IMG/VR virus record: IMGVR_UViG_3300035180_000411
Location: 1 to 58,106 of that record
DNA: 58,106 nucleotides
Source: a virus
Lineage: Duplodnaviria > Caudoviricetes
Strand: one strand, 5' to 3'
Shown here piece by piece: positions 1-8,915 of this stretch. The notes below the pieces were generated by a model, which worked only from the letters and a program-made list of their open reading frames with translations, did no database searches and was not told the DNA's origin. The position numbers and the translations under genes are program-made. The first letter of the stretch is position 1. Every line of letters begins with the position of its first letter.

Positions 1-124
1 ACGTGTCACAAGATAAGATACTTGTTCTTATTGAGCAAGCCAATGATCCAAAAGACCGCGCGTTTCTGATCGTCCTCCAGCAGATCAACGAATCGCTGAT
101 CGCCAACACCCGTATCATCAACGA
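1..124 (+). repeat. Terminal direct repeat copy 1 (circular assembly overlap)
   Basis: Bases 1-124 are identical to 57983-58106, and a gene reads through the junction. Confidence 0.95.
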
Positions 125-365
125 AGTAGCGGAAAAACTCGACAACCACTTGACGGCTTATGAGGCCCACACAGAACGAGAGCAATTGCTGCTGAACCAA
201 GGCAAAGGGATGTGGCGAGTGGCGGCGAGATTGCTTGGGGGTATCCAAGCCATTGCCATTGTGCTCATAAGTTTCGCGTTCAACGAGATCGTCACTATCA
301 AGAAAGATGTCAGTGATATAAGCGCGTGGGTTAAGGTGCACGATGCGAAGGAGAAGGTACGATGA
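3..365 (+). CDS. Membrane-anchored coiled-coil protein upstream of the lysis genes; true start probably at 57952 across the junction
   Basis: C-terminal hydrophobic segment (LLGGIQAIAIVLISFAF); in-frame ATG at 57952 overlaps the previous stop and adds MTELHNRRAAD. Confidence 0.7.
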   Translation: MSQDKILVLIEQANDPKDRAFLIVLQQINESLIANTRIINEVAEKLDNHLTAYEAHTEREQLLLNQGKGMWRVAARLLGGIQAIAIVLISFAFNEIVTIKKDVSDISAWVKVHDAKEKVR

Positions 366-583
366 AACTCTATGCAGACTGGAAGAATCTTGTAATACAC
401 GCCTGGAGCGTGCGCTTCGCCCTGTTGACAGCGGCACTCAATGGGATGTTCATCTCCATTCCAGCATTCATGGGTATAATCGAGCCACGCTTGTTCGCGG
501 CTGTGACGGTTGCGCTTTCCGTTGCGGTAGTGATTTCTCGCCTGGTGCGTCAGCCAAAGACGTTGGGCGACGACGATGCCTGA
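362..583 (+). CDS. Putative holin/pinholin
   Basis: 73 aa with two hydrophobic helices, directly before the endolysin; ATGA coupling. Confidence 0.7.
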   Translation: MKLYADWKNLVIHAWSVRFALLTAALNGMFISIPAFMGIIEPRLFAAVTVALSVAVVISRLVRQPKTLGDDDA

Positions 584-1073
584 CCAACCACGCATTCCTG
601 CATCGACATGGAAGACCGTCGGCGCAACGGCGGCTGTCATTGCGTCGCTTGCTGCTTATGAGGGTTACCGTGGCGCGGCCTACGACGACGGCGTGGGCGT
701 GCAGACAATAGGGTTTGGCACGACCCAAACCGTATCTGGGCCTGTCAAACGCGGGGATAAAACCGATCCTGTGCGTGCAGTGATAACCCTCCAGCGCGAT
801 GCAGACGCTCACGCTAAAGGTCTGGCTGGGTGCATTGGCGATGTGCCTCTTAGAAAGGGTGAGTGGGATGCTTATGTTTCGTGGGCTTATAACGTCGGTG
901 TTGGCAATGCTTGTCATTCCTCTCTAGTGAAGAAGCTCAAGCAGGCCCCACCAGATTATGCTGGTGCGTGCAAAGAATTGCTGAAATGGAATCGTGCTGG
1001 TGGTATGGAATCGTTTGGGCTTACCAAGCGCCGCCAGGCAGAATATAAAATGTGTGTAGGAGAACAGCCTTGA
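576..1073 (+). CDS. Endolysin, GH24 phage lysozyme, probably SAR type
   Basis: E-x8-D-x5-T catalytic triad (EGYRGAAYDDGVGVQT), YNVG and GLxxRRxAE motifs; Ala/Gly-rich weakly hydrophobic N-terminus. Confidence 0.9.
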   Translation: MPDQPRIPASTWKTVGATAAVIASLAAYEGYRGAAYDDGVGVQTIGFGTTQTVSGPVKRGDKTDPVRAVITLQRDADAHAKGLAGCIGDVPLRKGEWDAYVSWAYNVGVGNACHSSLVKKLKQAPPDYAGACKELLKWNRAGGMESFGLTKRRQAEYKMCVGEQP

Positions 1074-1606
1074 ACCCGTTACCAATCATCGCCGCTGTGC
1101 TGCTCTTTGCTTTGGGCTTGGCTTCCGGTTACACATGGGAGCACCGCGCAAAAGTAGCCGAGGTGTCAGCGCTCAAGGCCGATATAGCCAAGCGTGAAAC
1201 TGCCGCCGCCGAAGAAACCCGCCGCCGCATTGAAACGGCAAGTCATGCCGCCGATCAGGCGCTGGCCGAGCGCGATGCTCGCCTAACTGACCTAGAAACT
1301 ACCAACCGGAGACTCCGAAATGACATCAAAACCGCTACTACTGGCCGCACTTGCCTGTCTGCTGACGCTCGCGGCCTGCTCCAGCAATCCCCCGCTTTCG
1401 GTGTCAAGTTGCCCGCATCCTCCGGCAGCGCTGCTGCAGCCCCTGCCGCCGCTTCCACAAATACCAACGACAGCACGGACACCGACGTTGCAACCTGGAT
1501 CGTCGATGCCGCAGACCTCTACGAGCAGTGCAGGGCGCGTATTGACGCGCTGAGAGCGTGGGATAGTAATAACCAAGGAGAATCAAAATGGCAAAACCAA
1601 AACTAG
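1070..1606 (+). CDS. Rz: Rz-like inner-membrane spanin
   Basis: TTG start at 1070 after AGGAGA; N-terminal TM helix, then coiled coil; follows the endolysin. Confidence 0.8.
   Translation: MNPLPIIAAVLLFALGLASGYTWEHRAKVAEVSALKADIAKRETAAAEETRRRIETASHAADQALAERDARLTDLETTNRRLRNDIKTATTGRTCLSADARGLLQQSPAFGVKLPASSGSAAAAPAAASTNTNDSTDTDVATWIVDAADLYEQCRARIDALRAWDSNNQGESKWQNQN
1320..1553 (+). CDS. Rz1: Rz1-like outer-membrane lipoprotein spanin, embedded in Rz in another frame
   Basis: Signal peptide with lipobox LAAC and Pro-rich mature part (CPHPPAALLQPLPPLP). Confidence 0.8.
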   Translation: MTSKPLLLAALACLLTLAACSSNPPLSVSSCPHPPAALLQPLPPLPQIPTTARTPTLQPGSSMPQTSTSSAGRVLTR

Positions 1607-1752
1607 GTTCTGGTAAGCGCTTCGCTTCGCTTGAAAAAACTCTGTCTAAGAAAGGTGCGGAAGACCCTGCCGGGTTGGCTGCAGCTATTGGTCGCAATAA
1701 ATACGGCAACGAGAAGTTTCAGAAACTTTCTGCCAACGGTAAGAAGAAGTAA
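1588..1752 (+). CDS. Small basic protein, 54 aa, not in the ORF track
   Basis: AAGGAG SD, then MAKPKLGSGKRFASLEKTLSKKGAEDPAGLAAAIGRNKYGNEKFQKLSANGKKK. Confidence 0.7.
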   Translation: MAKPKLGSGKRFASLEKTLSKKGAEDPAGLAAAIGRNKYGNEKFQKLSANGKKK

Positions 1753-1797
1753 GGTTTCATGATATACTCGTCGTATCAATCTGTTAGGCTGTCGTAA

Positions 1798-3000
1798 ATG
1801 CAGACTAGCTCTATCAAAACGCTACGTACCTTCGATGGGCTGAATAATGTTTCAGACCCTATGCGTGGGACCGGGGTGGGAACTGATCAGAAGCGTACAT
1901 GGTCCTGGTGTTCTATCGCGGACAATGTTGATTTTACAAACTCGCACGGAGTGGCGTTGCGTGAAGGGTACACGTCTCACGTTGCTGCGACGCGCATCAC
2001 CGGATCGTACAGCTCCTTCGATTACAGCAAGTTCTACATCATCGACGCTGGGACGCTTAAACGGGTAAACGCTGACGGTACGACTACCTCTCTGTACGGT
2101 ATCCTTACAGGCACTGCTCATTGGAGCGAGCAGAACGATATCGTTTATCTTTCCTGCGGTGCTGACAAGCTACTGATTAAGCCGGATAACACCGTCGCAC
2201 GGTGGGGTGTGCCCGCTCCTTCACAGCCAGATATAGCAGATTCTAGCGGCAGGCTGTTTGCCGGATTCTACCAAGCGGTTCTCACTTACACAGATTCGAC
2301 AGGGCGTGAGGGCGGAGCTAGTCCCGCAGTAGGCGTACAAGTCTTGGACGGCGGTTTTACACTCAGCAACATTCCGCTGCTCGCTGGCTATACCACACAA
2401 CTTTACGTGACTGAGGCTGACGGTACGGTGTTCTACCACGTAGACAGGGTATTGACAGACTCCTACACGGTTACAAGTCTGCCGCTTGGTCCTGAGCTTA
2501 CTACGCAGTTCTTGGACGAGCCATCTGAGAATGGTAGCTACATTGCCTTTTTGGGCGCCAACGCCTACATGGCGGAGTACATCCCGGAAATCGACCAAAC
2601 AGTAGTCTGGTTCAGCGCCGAGTTTGGATATCATCTGTTTAACCTGAACAGTGACTATTTCGTTGTCCCTGGGGAAGTAACACAGATGTATGGTGCGGGG
2701 GTTGGGCTGGTTATCACTACACAGAATCGTGTGTTTGCGTATAATGACGACAAGCTCGTTCAGCTCGCAGAATACGGCGCCGTTCACGGTCAGCATGCTG
2801 ACCTAGGTCCAGACGGGTTGATCTACTTCTGGACTAAGCGCGGTCTGTGCTGCGCAATGCCTTTCAAGAACATGACAGAGCTAAATGTTAGCGTAGCCCC
2901 CGGTGTACAGGCAGGGGGCGGAATCATCGAACGCGGCGGTTACAGGAAGTACGTCGCGGTAATCCATCAGGGCGGCGACGCCTACAACGCAAGGAGTTAA
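1798..3000 (+). CDS. Virion protein, probably tail nozzle/stabilisation (tail tubular B-like, beta-rich)
   Basis: 400 aa beta-rich, N-terminal FxGLNN motif; structural context. Confidence 0.5.
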   Translation: MQTSSIKTLRTFDGLNNVSDPMRGTGVGTDQKRTWSWCSIADNVDFTNSHGVALREGYTSHVAATRITGSYSSFDYSKFYIIDAGTLKRVNADGTTTSLYGILTGTAHWSEQNDIVYLSCGADKLLIKPDNTVARWGVPAPSQPDIADSSGRLFAGFYQAVLTYTDSTGREGGASPAVGVQVLDGGFTLSNIPLLAGYTTQLYVTEADGTVFYHVDRVLTDSYTVTSLPLGPELTTQFLDEPSENGSYIAFLGANAYMAEYIPEIDQTVVWFSAEFGYHLFNLNSDYFVVPGEVTQMYGAGVGLVITTQNRVFAYNDDKLVQLAEYGAVHGQHADLGPDGLIYFWTKRGLCCAMPFKNMTELNVSVAPGVQAGGGIIERGGYRKYVAVIHQGGDAYNARS

Positions 3001-3004
3001 CACT

Positions 3005-3457
3005 ATGACCACACGAGCTTCCACAGGGGCGCGCAACAAAATGCTCGACGGCGGCGCGTCCGGCGGGCTGAAAGCCTCGCTAGCGCTTGGCGCGATTAAC
3101 ATATACTCTGGCCCCCAACCACTTTCCGCGGATACCGGGGCAACTGGGACTTTGCTTGGCACGGTGTCAATTGACGGTCTCGGCGTTACCGGCTTGACGT
3201 TCGATGCGGCAGTCGATGGCGTGCTATCAAAAGCGGCAGCGGAAACGTGGAAATTCGTCGGGGTGGCTGCCGGCACCGCTGGGTGGTGTCGGTTCTACCC
3301 CGCTGGCGGAAACCCCGCTGTTCTGTCTACCACTGAATCGCGCGTTGACATGGCGATTGCCTCTAGCGGCTCCGACGTGAGTCTTAGCAACATCAGCATT
3401 ACCGTCGGTGCACCTGTCACGGTAGATATCTACCAAATCACATTGCCTTCAGCCTAA
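3005..3457 (+). CDS. Virion structural protein (paralog of next gene)
   Basis: STGxRNK...IYSGxxPxxAD..TGTLL..GTAGWxRF pattern shared with 3470-3910. Confidence 0.65.
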   Translation: MTTRASTGARNKMLDGGASGGLKASLALGAINIYSGPQPLSADTGATGTLLGTVSIDGLGVTGLTFDAAVDGVLSKAAAETWKFVGVAAGTAGWCRFYPAGGNPAVLSTTESRVDMAIASSGSDVSLSNISITVGAPVTVDIYQITLPSA

Positions 3458-3469
3458 AGGAGATAAATC

Positions 3470-3910
3470 ATGGCGTTCAAAGAATCTACTGGACTTCGTA
3501 ACAAGAGCCTTGACACTGCTCCACTGCGCACCATTTTGAATCTTGGCTTTATCAAGATTTATTCCGGCGCAGCCCCAGCGACCGCCGACGCGGCTGTTAC
3601 AGGCACGCTGCTGTGCACCATTTCCAACGCGAGCACTGCGACCGGGTTGACGTTCGACGCGGCGGCTGCAAACGGAGCCATTTCCAAGGCAAGTGCTGAA
3701 ACGTGGTCTGGCGTTAACGCTGCAACGGGCACTGCAGGCTACTACCGCTTTGTTGCGCCGGGCGATACAGGCGCGTTGAGTACGACTGAGGCGCGGCTCC
3801 AAGGCGACGTCGGCACGGCTGGTAAAGAGCTGAATTTATCCTCGGTCAATCTGACATCAGGCGCGACTCAGACAATTGACTACTACGTGTACGCACGGCC
3901 GACGCTGTAA
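3470..3910 (+). CDS. Virion structural protein (paralog of previous gene)
   Basis: Same motif pattern; AAGGAG SD. Confidence 0.65.
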   Translation: MAFKESTGLRNKSLDTAPLRTILNLGFIKIYSGAAPATADAAVTGTLLCTISNASTATGLTFDAAAANGAISKASAETWSGVNAATGTAGYYRFVAPGDTGALSTTEARLQGDVGTAGKELNLSSVNLTSGATQTIDYYVYARPTL

Positions 3911-3914
3911 GTAG

Positions 3915-4355
3915 ATGCCGATACTGATAGAACAGACAGTATGGAACAACCCGTGGGACGGGGGTGACGTACTCGTTGCGGCGAGCGTTTCCAACGTCGC
4001 TGGGACGTTGAATCCTACGCCCCCTGCGGCGGGGTGGCAGGTCGGGTATCGACCCGCTACTGTAGACTTTTACATACACGTGCCCACTGCGTCGGCTGCG
4101 TATTTTGCCACAATATATATTGACGATGGCATAGGCCCCCTAGGGCATGCGATTAACAGGCCGTTGACTAGCGCCGGAACCACCCGGATCAGCGTCGCCC
4201 TGACTTTCACCAGCGCAGACATTTCAGGCGCGCAGTTGGTCATCAGCGACGGCGGTGGGGCTGTGGTGGACGGCGTTGCTTACCTGCACGGCATAGAGTT
4301 CCCGATTAACCTGTTCTGGACTTCCTTGGATGGCTGCGTGGAGTCGGCTGGGTGA
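3915..4355 (+). CDS. Hypothetical virion-associated protein
   Basis: 146 aa ORF tightly packed in the operon. Confidence 0.55.
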   Translation: MPILIEQTVWNNPWDGGDVLVAASVSNVAGTLNPTPPAAGWQVGYRPATVDFYIHVPTASAAYFATIYIDDGIGPLGHAINRPLTSAGTTRISVALTFTSADISGAQLVISDGGGAVVDGVAYLHGIEFPINLFWTSLDGCVESAG

Positions 4356-6712
4356 TTACTCATAAGATCGTCGAGACTCCTGAAGCGGCGGTGTATACCC
4401 CGTTCGCGCTGTCCAAGCTGCGCTGGATGGCTAATAACATCAAGTACACCGCGGTGCAGACGTTTATCGTAGGAGACGTGACCATTCGGCTGGAGCACAA
4501 CCCCTCGTGCGGATACCAGATTGCTCGGCTATCCGGGGGCGTAGGTGTCAAGTACGAGTTTTTCACCAGCGATGCGCGGCATTACCCGTTTGATGCGAAG
4601 TATTGCTACGGCCATGCGACCAACGTGCGGATTGGGCAAACAACGCTGTCAGCGAAAATGGCTGCCTCGTGGGACGAACTCAACGGGGCGCCGTTATACA
4701 ACCCGCCTACGCACATATCTGCTGAGGCGGTTGCGAGGTGGGTAGGGGCTGATGCCTACAATGACCAGAAAGTCGCGTTCGTGCAGAACTACACGACTAC
4801 GTTGTCGGCGGATGGAAAGATATCGCTGCACTACACGACTGTTCCAACTACGGGGCGGTATATACTCCCAAGTTACCCAAATAACTCGGGCGCGATGTTC
4901 GAATTTCTGCCGTCCAACGAGGACTCCGAGGATTACGGGTGGGATGTCCGAAACCCCGTGTTCCGGGAAGGAAAGCTATTTTCCGAGCTGCAGCCGCAGT
5001 TGCCAGCTCCGTACTGGTGGAGGCGAGGGACCGTTATTCTGGCGAAGGATGCTGATGGAGCAACTCATCCGATCACCGTGGTCACGGACGCGATGAGCAA
5101 CTTCCATTTCTTCCGCACTACGTTGGCTGACAAGTACACCGTGGGCCACCAGCTATACAACGGGCGGCTCGTCCCGGCCAGTTGCCGCGTGACCGTCTCC
5201 GCTTCGTCGTTCTTGCCCTCTTGGGTCGAGATTCCGACGATAAACACGATGGGGCCGCCAATATCTTTCCTCCCGGACAGCCCTCTCACGTCAATAATAT
5301 TCCCCACCACCCCTCAATTTGCGCACTCCCCAGACACTTCCTTACCTGGCGAGGATGTGTGGAAAGGCAGCGCCAATACCGACGATATACTCCAGCGCAA
5401 CTCCTACTTGTGGGTATTCAATTCTGACGGTAGCGCCGCATCGGCCATTGTCCACAGCAACAAGGGGGCGGTTAAATACAACCCAGGGGGCGGCGCCAAT
5501 ATGTTCGCGGACAACCCCGCCAACGTGGAGGCTAAAGTTATGCGCTGGGGATACCCTAACGTCTGGATCAGGCACGATACGGAAGCCGCTGACGCCGCGT
5601 TCTTCGCCGCACATGGAGGGCTTGAGACGCTTCAGGTGCGTGTGCGCGGGCTGCTGAGCGTGAGCATCGCAGTATCCATCACGGGCACTGGTCCGACGGA
5701 CTTCACGGTGTCGATCACCCCCACGCTCGAATTGCAGGATCGCTGGTACATGGACGTGGCCTATGCGATGCACCAGCCGAAGCTGGTTGCCAAAGGCGTA
5801 CATCGTGACGAGCTACTGACGACTGAGCTAGAGCTATTCACCGCCTTTGCCCCTTACGGAATATCTGGCCGCCCAACTGCCTCGAAGTTTAACTGCGTGC
5901 CAGTTGCCACAGTCAGAAACACTACGCTGGGGGCAGACTCCGCACCGCTGCTACGTTGGGGGCTGTCGAGGGGGGTGGGTGGGTCGAGTGACTTCCTTGT
6001 AGGTGTCACAGTAGGCACTTCCGACATGAACGGAATTACCACGTACCAAGGCGTGCTTGTTGTCACAGAGTTCGAGGCACTTCCCCAGTCATGCTACATG
6101 CGGCGCTTTTCTGCTAGTGACCTCAAGGCACTGGCCTTCGTCACAGTGGACGACGCTTTCGGCCCAGCCGTCACCGAGACGAGCGGCCTGCGGCTATTCA
6201 TGTTTGGCGAAGAGGTATCCTCGGCGGGTTCCCCACCCCCGGCGGAACAGTACGGAGCACCGAATCTCGCCGCGACCCCGATGGAAGAGCCCTCGTACCC
6301 GATGCCGGGGGACCTGTCCCCGGCGGAACAGTACGGAGCACCGAATCTCGCCGCGTCCCCGGTGAAAGTGGCTGTGTTTCCATCGACCGATACGGTGCTC
6401 GGCGGCTACCCGGCGTATGCTGCGTACTCAGAGTTGGGGCGCCTGATGACGGGCGAGGTTGACCTGTCGGTACTCAACGTACACCCGGACGGGCACTACT
6501 CGGTGTACGTGCACTCCGTGGCCATTCCGGACGTGGTGCTGGACGAGATTGCGTACTGCACCACGAAGGCTGACGGGAGCGTGGCGTACCGGCGCACTAC
6601 ACACCGCGCGATGTTCAACGCGGCGTTTAAGCAGTCAAGGACGTATGCGGACTACCAATACGGAGCCGTTTACGGAGTGGGTGGGTTTGCAACAGCAGGA
6701 ATGTGGCTATGA
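4352..6712 (+). CDS. Large hypothetical virion protein (786 aa)
   Basis: Long ORF coupled to neighbours by GTGA/ATGA overlaps; internal duplication PAEQYGAPNLAA. Confidence 0.65.
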   Translation: MITHKIVETPEAAVYTPFALSKLRWMANNIKYTAVQTFIVGDVTIRLEHNPSCGYQIARLSGGVGVKYEFFTSDARHYPFDAKYCYGHATNVRIGQTTLSAKMAASWDELNGAPLYNPPTHISAEAVARWVGADAYNDQKVAFVQNYTTTLSADGKISLHYTTVPTTGRYILPSYPNNSGAMFEFLPSNEDSEDYGWDVRNPVFREGKLFSELQPQLPAPYWWRRGTVILAKDADGATHPITVVTDAMSNFHFFRTTLADKYTVGHQLYNGRLVPASCRVTVSASSFLPSWVEIPTINTMGPPISFLPDSPLTSIIFPTTPQFAHSPDTSLPGEDVWKGSANTDDILQRNSYLWVFNSDGSAASAIVHSNKGAVKYNPGGGANMFADNPANVEAKVMRWGYPNVWIRHDTEAADAAFFAAHGGLETLQVRVRGLLSVSIAVSITGTGPTDFTVSITPTLELQDRWYMDVAYAMHQPKLVAKGVHRDELLTTELELFTAFAPYGISGRPTASKFNCVPVATVRNTTLGADSAPLLRWGLSRGVGGSSDFLVGVTVGTSDMNGITTYQGVLVVTEFEALPQSCYMRRFSASDLKALAFVTVDDAFGPAVTETSGLRLFMFGEEVSSAGSPPPAEQYGAPNLAATPMEEPSYPMPGDLSPAEQYGAPNLAASPVKVAVFPSTDTVLGGYPAYAAYSELGRLMTGEVDLSVLNVHPDGHYSVYVHSVAIPDVVLDEIAYCTTKADGSVAYRRTTHRAMFNAAFKQSRTYADYQYGAVYGVGGFATAGMWL
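6237..6355 (+). repeat. 38-nt direct repeat, two copies 81 nt apart, in frame
   Basis: ccccggcggaacagtacggagcaccgaatctcgccgcg at 6237-6274 and 6318-6355. Confidence 0.9.
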
Positions 6713-6918
6713 CGACACTTACAAAAACCAAACTCACCACATACGTGCCGGGCAGTCCCGGCGTGCCCGGTAACCCCGGAAGCCCCGCCGTGCCGAGCGT
6801 CTGTACGGTACTTGTGCCGATAATCGACCTCTCGTCCCCGCAACTGATGTGCAACTGGGGACTAGACGGCTTCGGCGTTCGTAGATACCTGTGCGTGCCT
6901 ACAGGGTGGAGGGTATGA
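6709..6918 (+). CDS. Small Pro/Gly-rich protein, possibly the N-terminal piece of the next gene
   Basis: ATG overlaps the previous stop; PGSPGVPGNPGSPAVP. Confidence 0.55.
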   Translation: MTTLTKTKLTTYVPGSPGVPGNPGSPAVPSVCTVLVPIIDLSSPQLMCNWGLDGFGVRRYLCVPTGWRV

Positions 6919-8915
6919 CGGTATTCTGCACCCCATATATACCGGCTGTACCGCCGACTCCTGCTGTACCCCCCACAGCGGGGCAGTTTATCATCAGCAA
7001 TAATATCGGTTGGAACGCCGGGGGCCGGAGTATCGCCAGTGTAGTAGGAGACGGCGGTTTTAGCTTTAAGGTCAATGCGGGCGCCGTTGGCGTAATCGTT
7101 GGGCTGAATGACGTTGACACTGGGGTTGGCTACTTCGAGTTGGAGAATAGCCTTTACTTCAGCAACAATGTGGTACAGGTGTACGAGAATGGCGCATTCG
7201 TTGCCAACGTCGGGCCATTCACCGCGACGGATGTTTTCGCAATTGTTCGCGTCGGCGGCACGGTCAGCTACCTGAAAAACGGCGCCACCCTGTGGGTGAG
7301 CGCGCAGGGCATCACCGGCAACTTCTTCCTTGACACCTCGCTCTATATGGCTGGGGACAGCGTTATTGACGCTGCCCTGTACACGGTGGCGAGCACGCAG
7401 AACACCTCACTACCATCTATAGCCTACGGGTATGGCGGGTACAAATCATACGGATACGGCGCAGCACTCCCTGCCACAACGACAGCGTACACAACCGATG
7501 GACACGGCTGGGGTACGAGTAATTCTCTCCCGTCCATAGCTCAGGGGTTCGAGGGCACGTATGCCCAGAGTGTGAACTACTCCCTCCCCGCAACGGCGGT
7601 AGGCGGCGTGTCTGCGGCGTATAGCCTGAACGTAGCGCTCCCTGCCACGACAGAAGCCTATGCCGGCCAGTACGCGATCAGCATCAACATCTCGCTTCCG
7701 TCCACAACGACCTCTGTGTCGGGACTGATCCAGCCATCGTGGGCTATTGGCGAGAGCGTGTCGGTGCCGTCTGTCAGTTACGCCACAGGATTGACTGGGG
7801 AGATCGGTGGCCAGACAGGTGCGAACTCTGCGGCGTCCACGGCGCATGCCTCGAATTTCGCTACAGGTTACAGCGATGCAATATCTCAGGAAGCGGTAGC
7901 ATACGGCGCGCAGTACGTAGAGGTGAACTACGCACTTGGCACGCTCCCGTCCTTAATTGGGTCGGCAGAGATGACCATGAGGGCGCCTAACGCCGCTCTC
8001 GGGATACTACCGGCGTTGGTGGGTAAAGCATTCACTGGCGCTGTTGCCGAAGGGTCGCTGCCCGCATTGACGGGGCTGGCCACGATGGATGGTCCTGCGG
8101 TAATGCGTGGCAACGCCACCCTGCCCGCGCTGACTGGTTCCGCGTCCATGATCGCAGGCGGCTTGTTTTCCGCTGCGGGGTCGCTGCTCCCGGTGACGGG
8201 TTCCAGTTACGGCGGAGCCGTCGCAGCGGGCACCCTGCTCCCAGTTACAGGTAGTGGCTCAGGCGTAACCGGCGGCGTATTGTCTGCGGCGGGCACTTTG
8301 GCGGCCCTCTCAGGGCGAGCGTCCTTAACGCAAGATGTCGTGATGCGCGCATACGGAACGTTGTTGCCGTTAGCATCGCCTCCTTCCGGGACCGCGTATC
8401 TCACACTGCCCGCGCTTACCGGCCACGCGGTGATGACGCGGGTTGTCGCGGTTACCTACGAAGCCTACGCCATCAACCTTACAACCGGCGCAGTTAGCCA
8501 CTATACCAACTACCCGTTCGATAACATCTTGCGCTTCGGAAGTAAGTATTATGGGGTCAAGGCCGACGGGGTATTCGAGATAGGTGGCTCGCTAGACCTG
8601 ACCGTGCCCATCGACGCGCACATTAAAACCTTCCAAACAGACTTTGGCGTCAAGAACTATAAACGGCTTCCTTATGTATATGCTTCAGGGCGTAGCGACG
8701 GAGGTGTTACAATAGGCGTAACTCCCGACGAGGATGTAACCTATGAGTATGACTCCTACTGGGGTGAAGTGCCGGGAAGTACAAACCATCGGACGACCGT
8801 AGGGAAAGGAATCAAAGGCGTGTACTATAGTTTGGATGTGAAGAACATAAACGGTGGATCGTTTGAGCTGGATGAGATCAGCGTGCAGGTTACACCTACA
8901 GTGAGGGCTATCTAA
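6915..8915 (+). CDS. Virion structural/tail protein with LPA repeats
   Basis: ATG at 6915 overlaps the previous TGA; many (S/G)xLP(A/S) repeats; beta-rich C-terminal domain. Confidence 0.65.
   Translation: MTVFCTPYIPAVPPTPAVPPTAGQFIISNNIGWNAGGRSIASVVGDGGFSFKVNAGAVGVIVGLNDVDTGVGYFELENSLYFSNNVVQVYENGAFVANVGPFTATDVFAIVRVGGTVSYLKNGATLWVSAQGITGNFFLDTSLYMAGDSVIDAALYTVASTQNTSLPSIAYGYGGYKSYGYGAALPATTTAYTTDGHGWGTSNSLPSIAQGFEGTYAQSVNYSLPATAVGGVSAAYSLNVALPATTEAYAGQYAISINISLPSTTTSVSGLIQPSWAIGESVSVPSVSYATGLTGEIGGQTGANSAASTAHASNFATGYSDAISQEAVAYGAQYVEVNYALGTLPSLIGSAEMTMRAPNAALGILPALVGKAFTGAVAEGSLPALTGLATMDGPAVMRGNATLPALTGSASMIAGGLFSAAGSLLPVTGSSYGGAVAAGTLLPVTGSGSGVTGGVLSAAGTLAALSGRASLTQDVVMRAYGTLLPLASPPSGTAYLTLPALTGHAVMTRVVAVTYEAYAINLTTGAVSHYTNYPFDNILRFGSKYYGVKADGVFEIGGSLDLTVPIDAHIKTFQTDFGVKNYKRLPYVYASGRSDGGVTIGVTPDEDVTYEYDSYWGEVPGSTNHRTTVGKGIKGVYYSLDVKNINGGSFELDEISVQVTPTVRAI

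Noticed and set aside
6237-6355. Diversity-generating retroelement TR/VR pair
   Set aside because: The copies are identical and adjacent, with no adenine-specific mismatches, and no reverse transcriptase is present.
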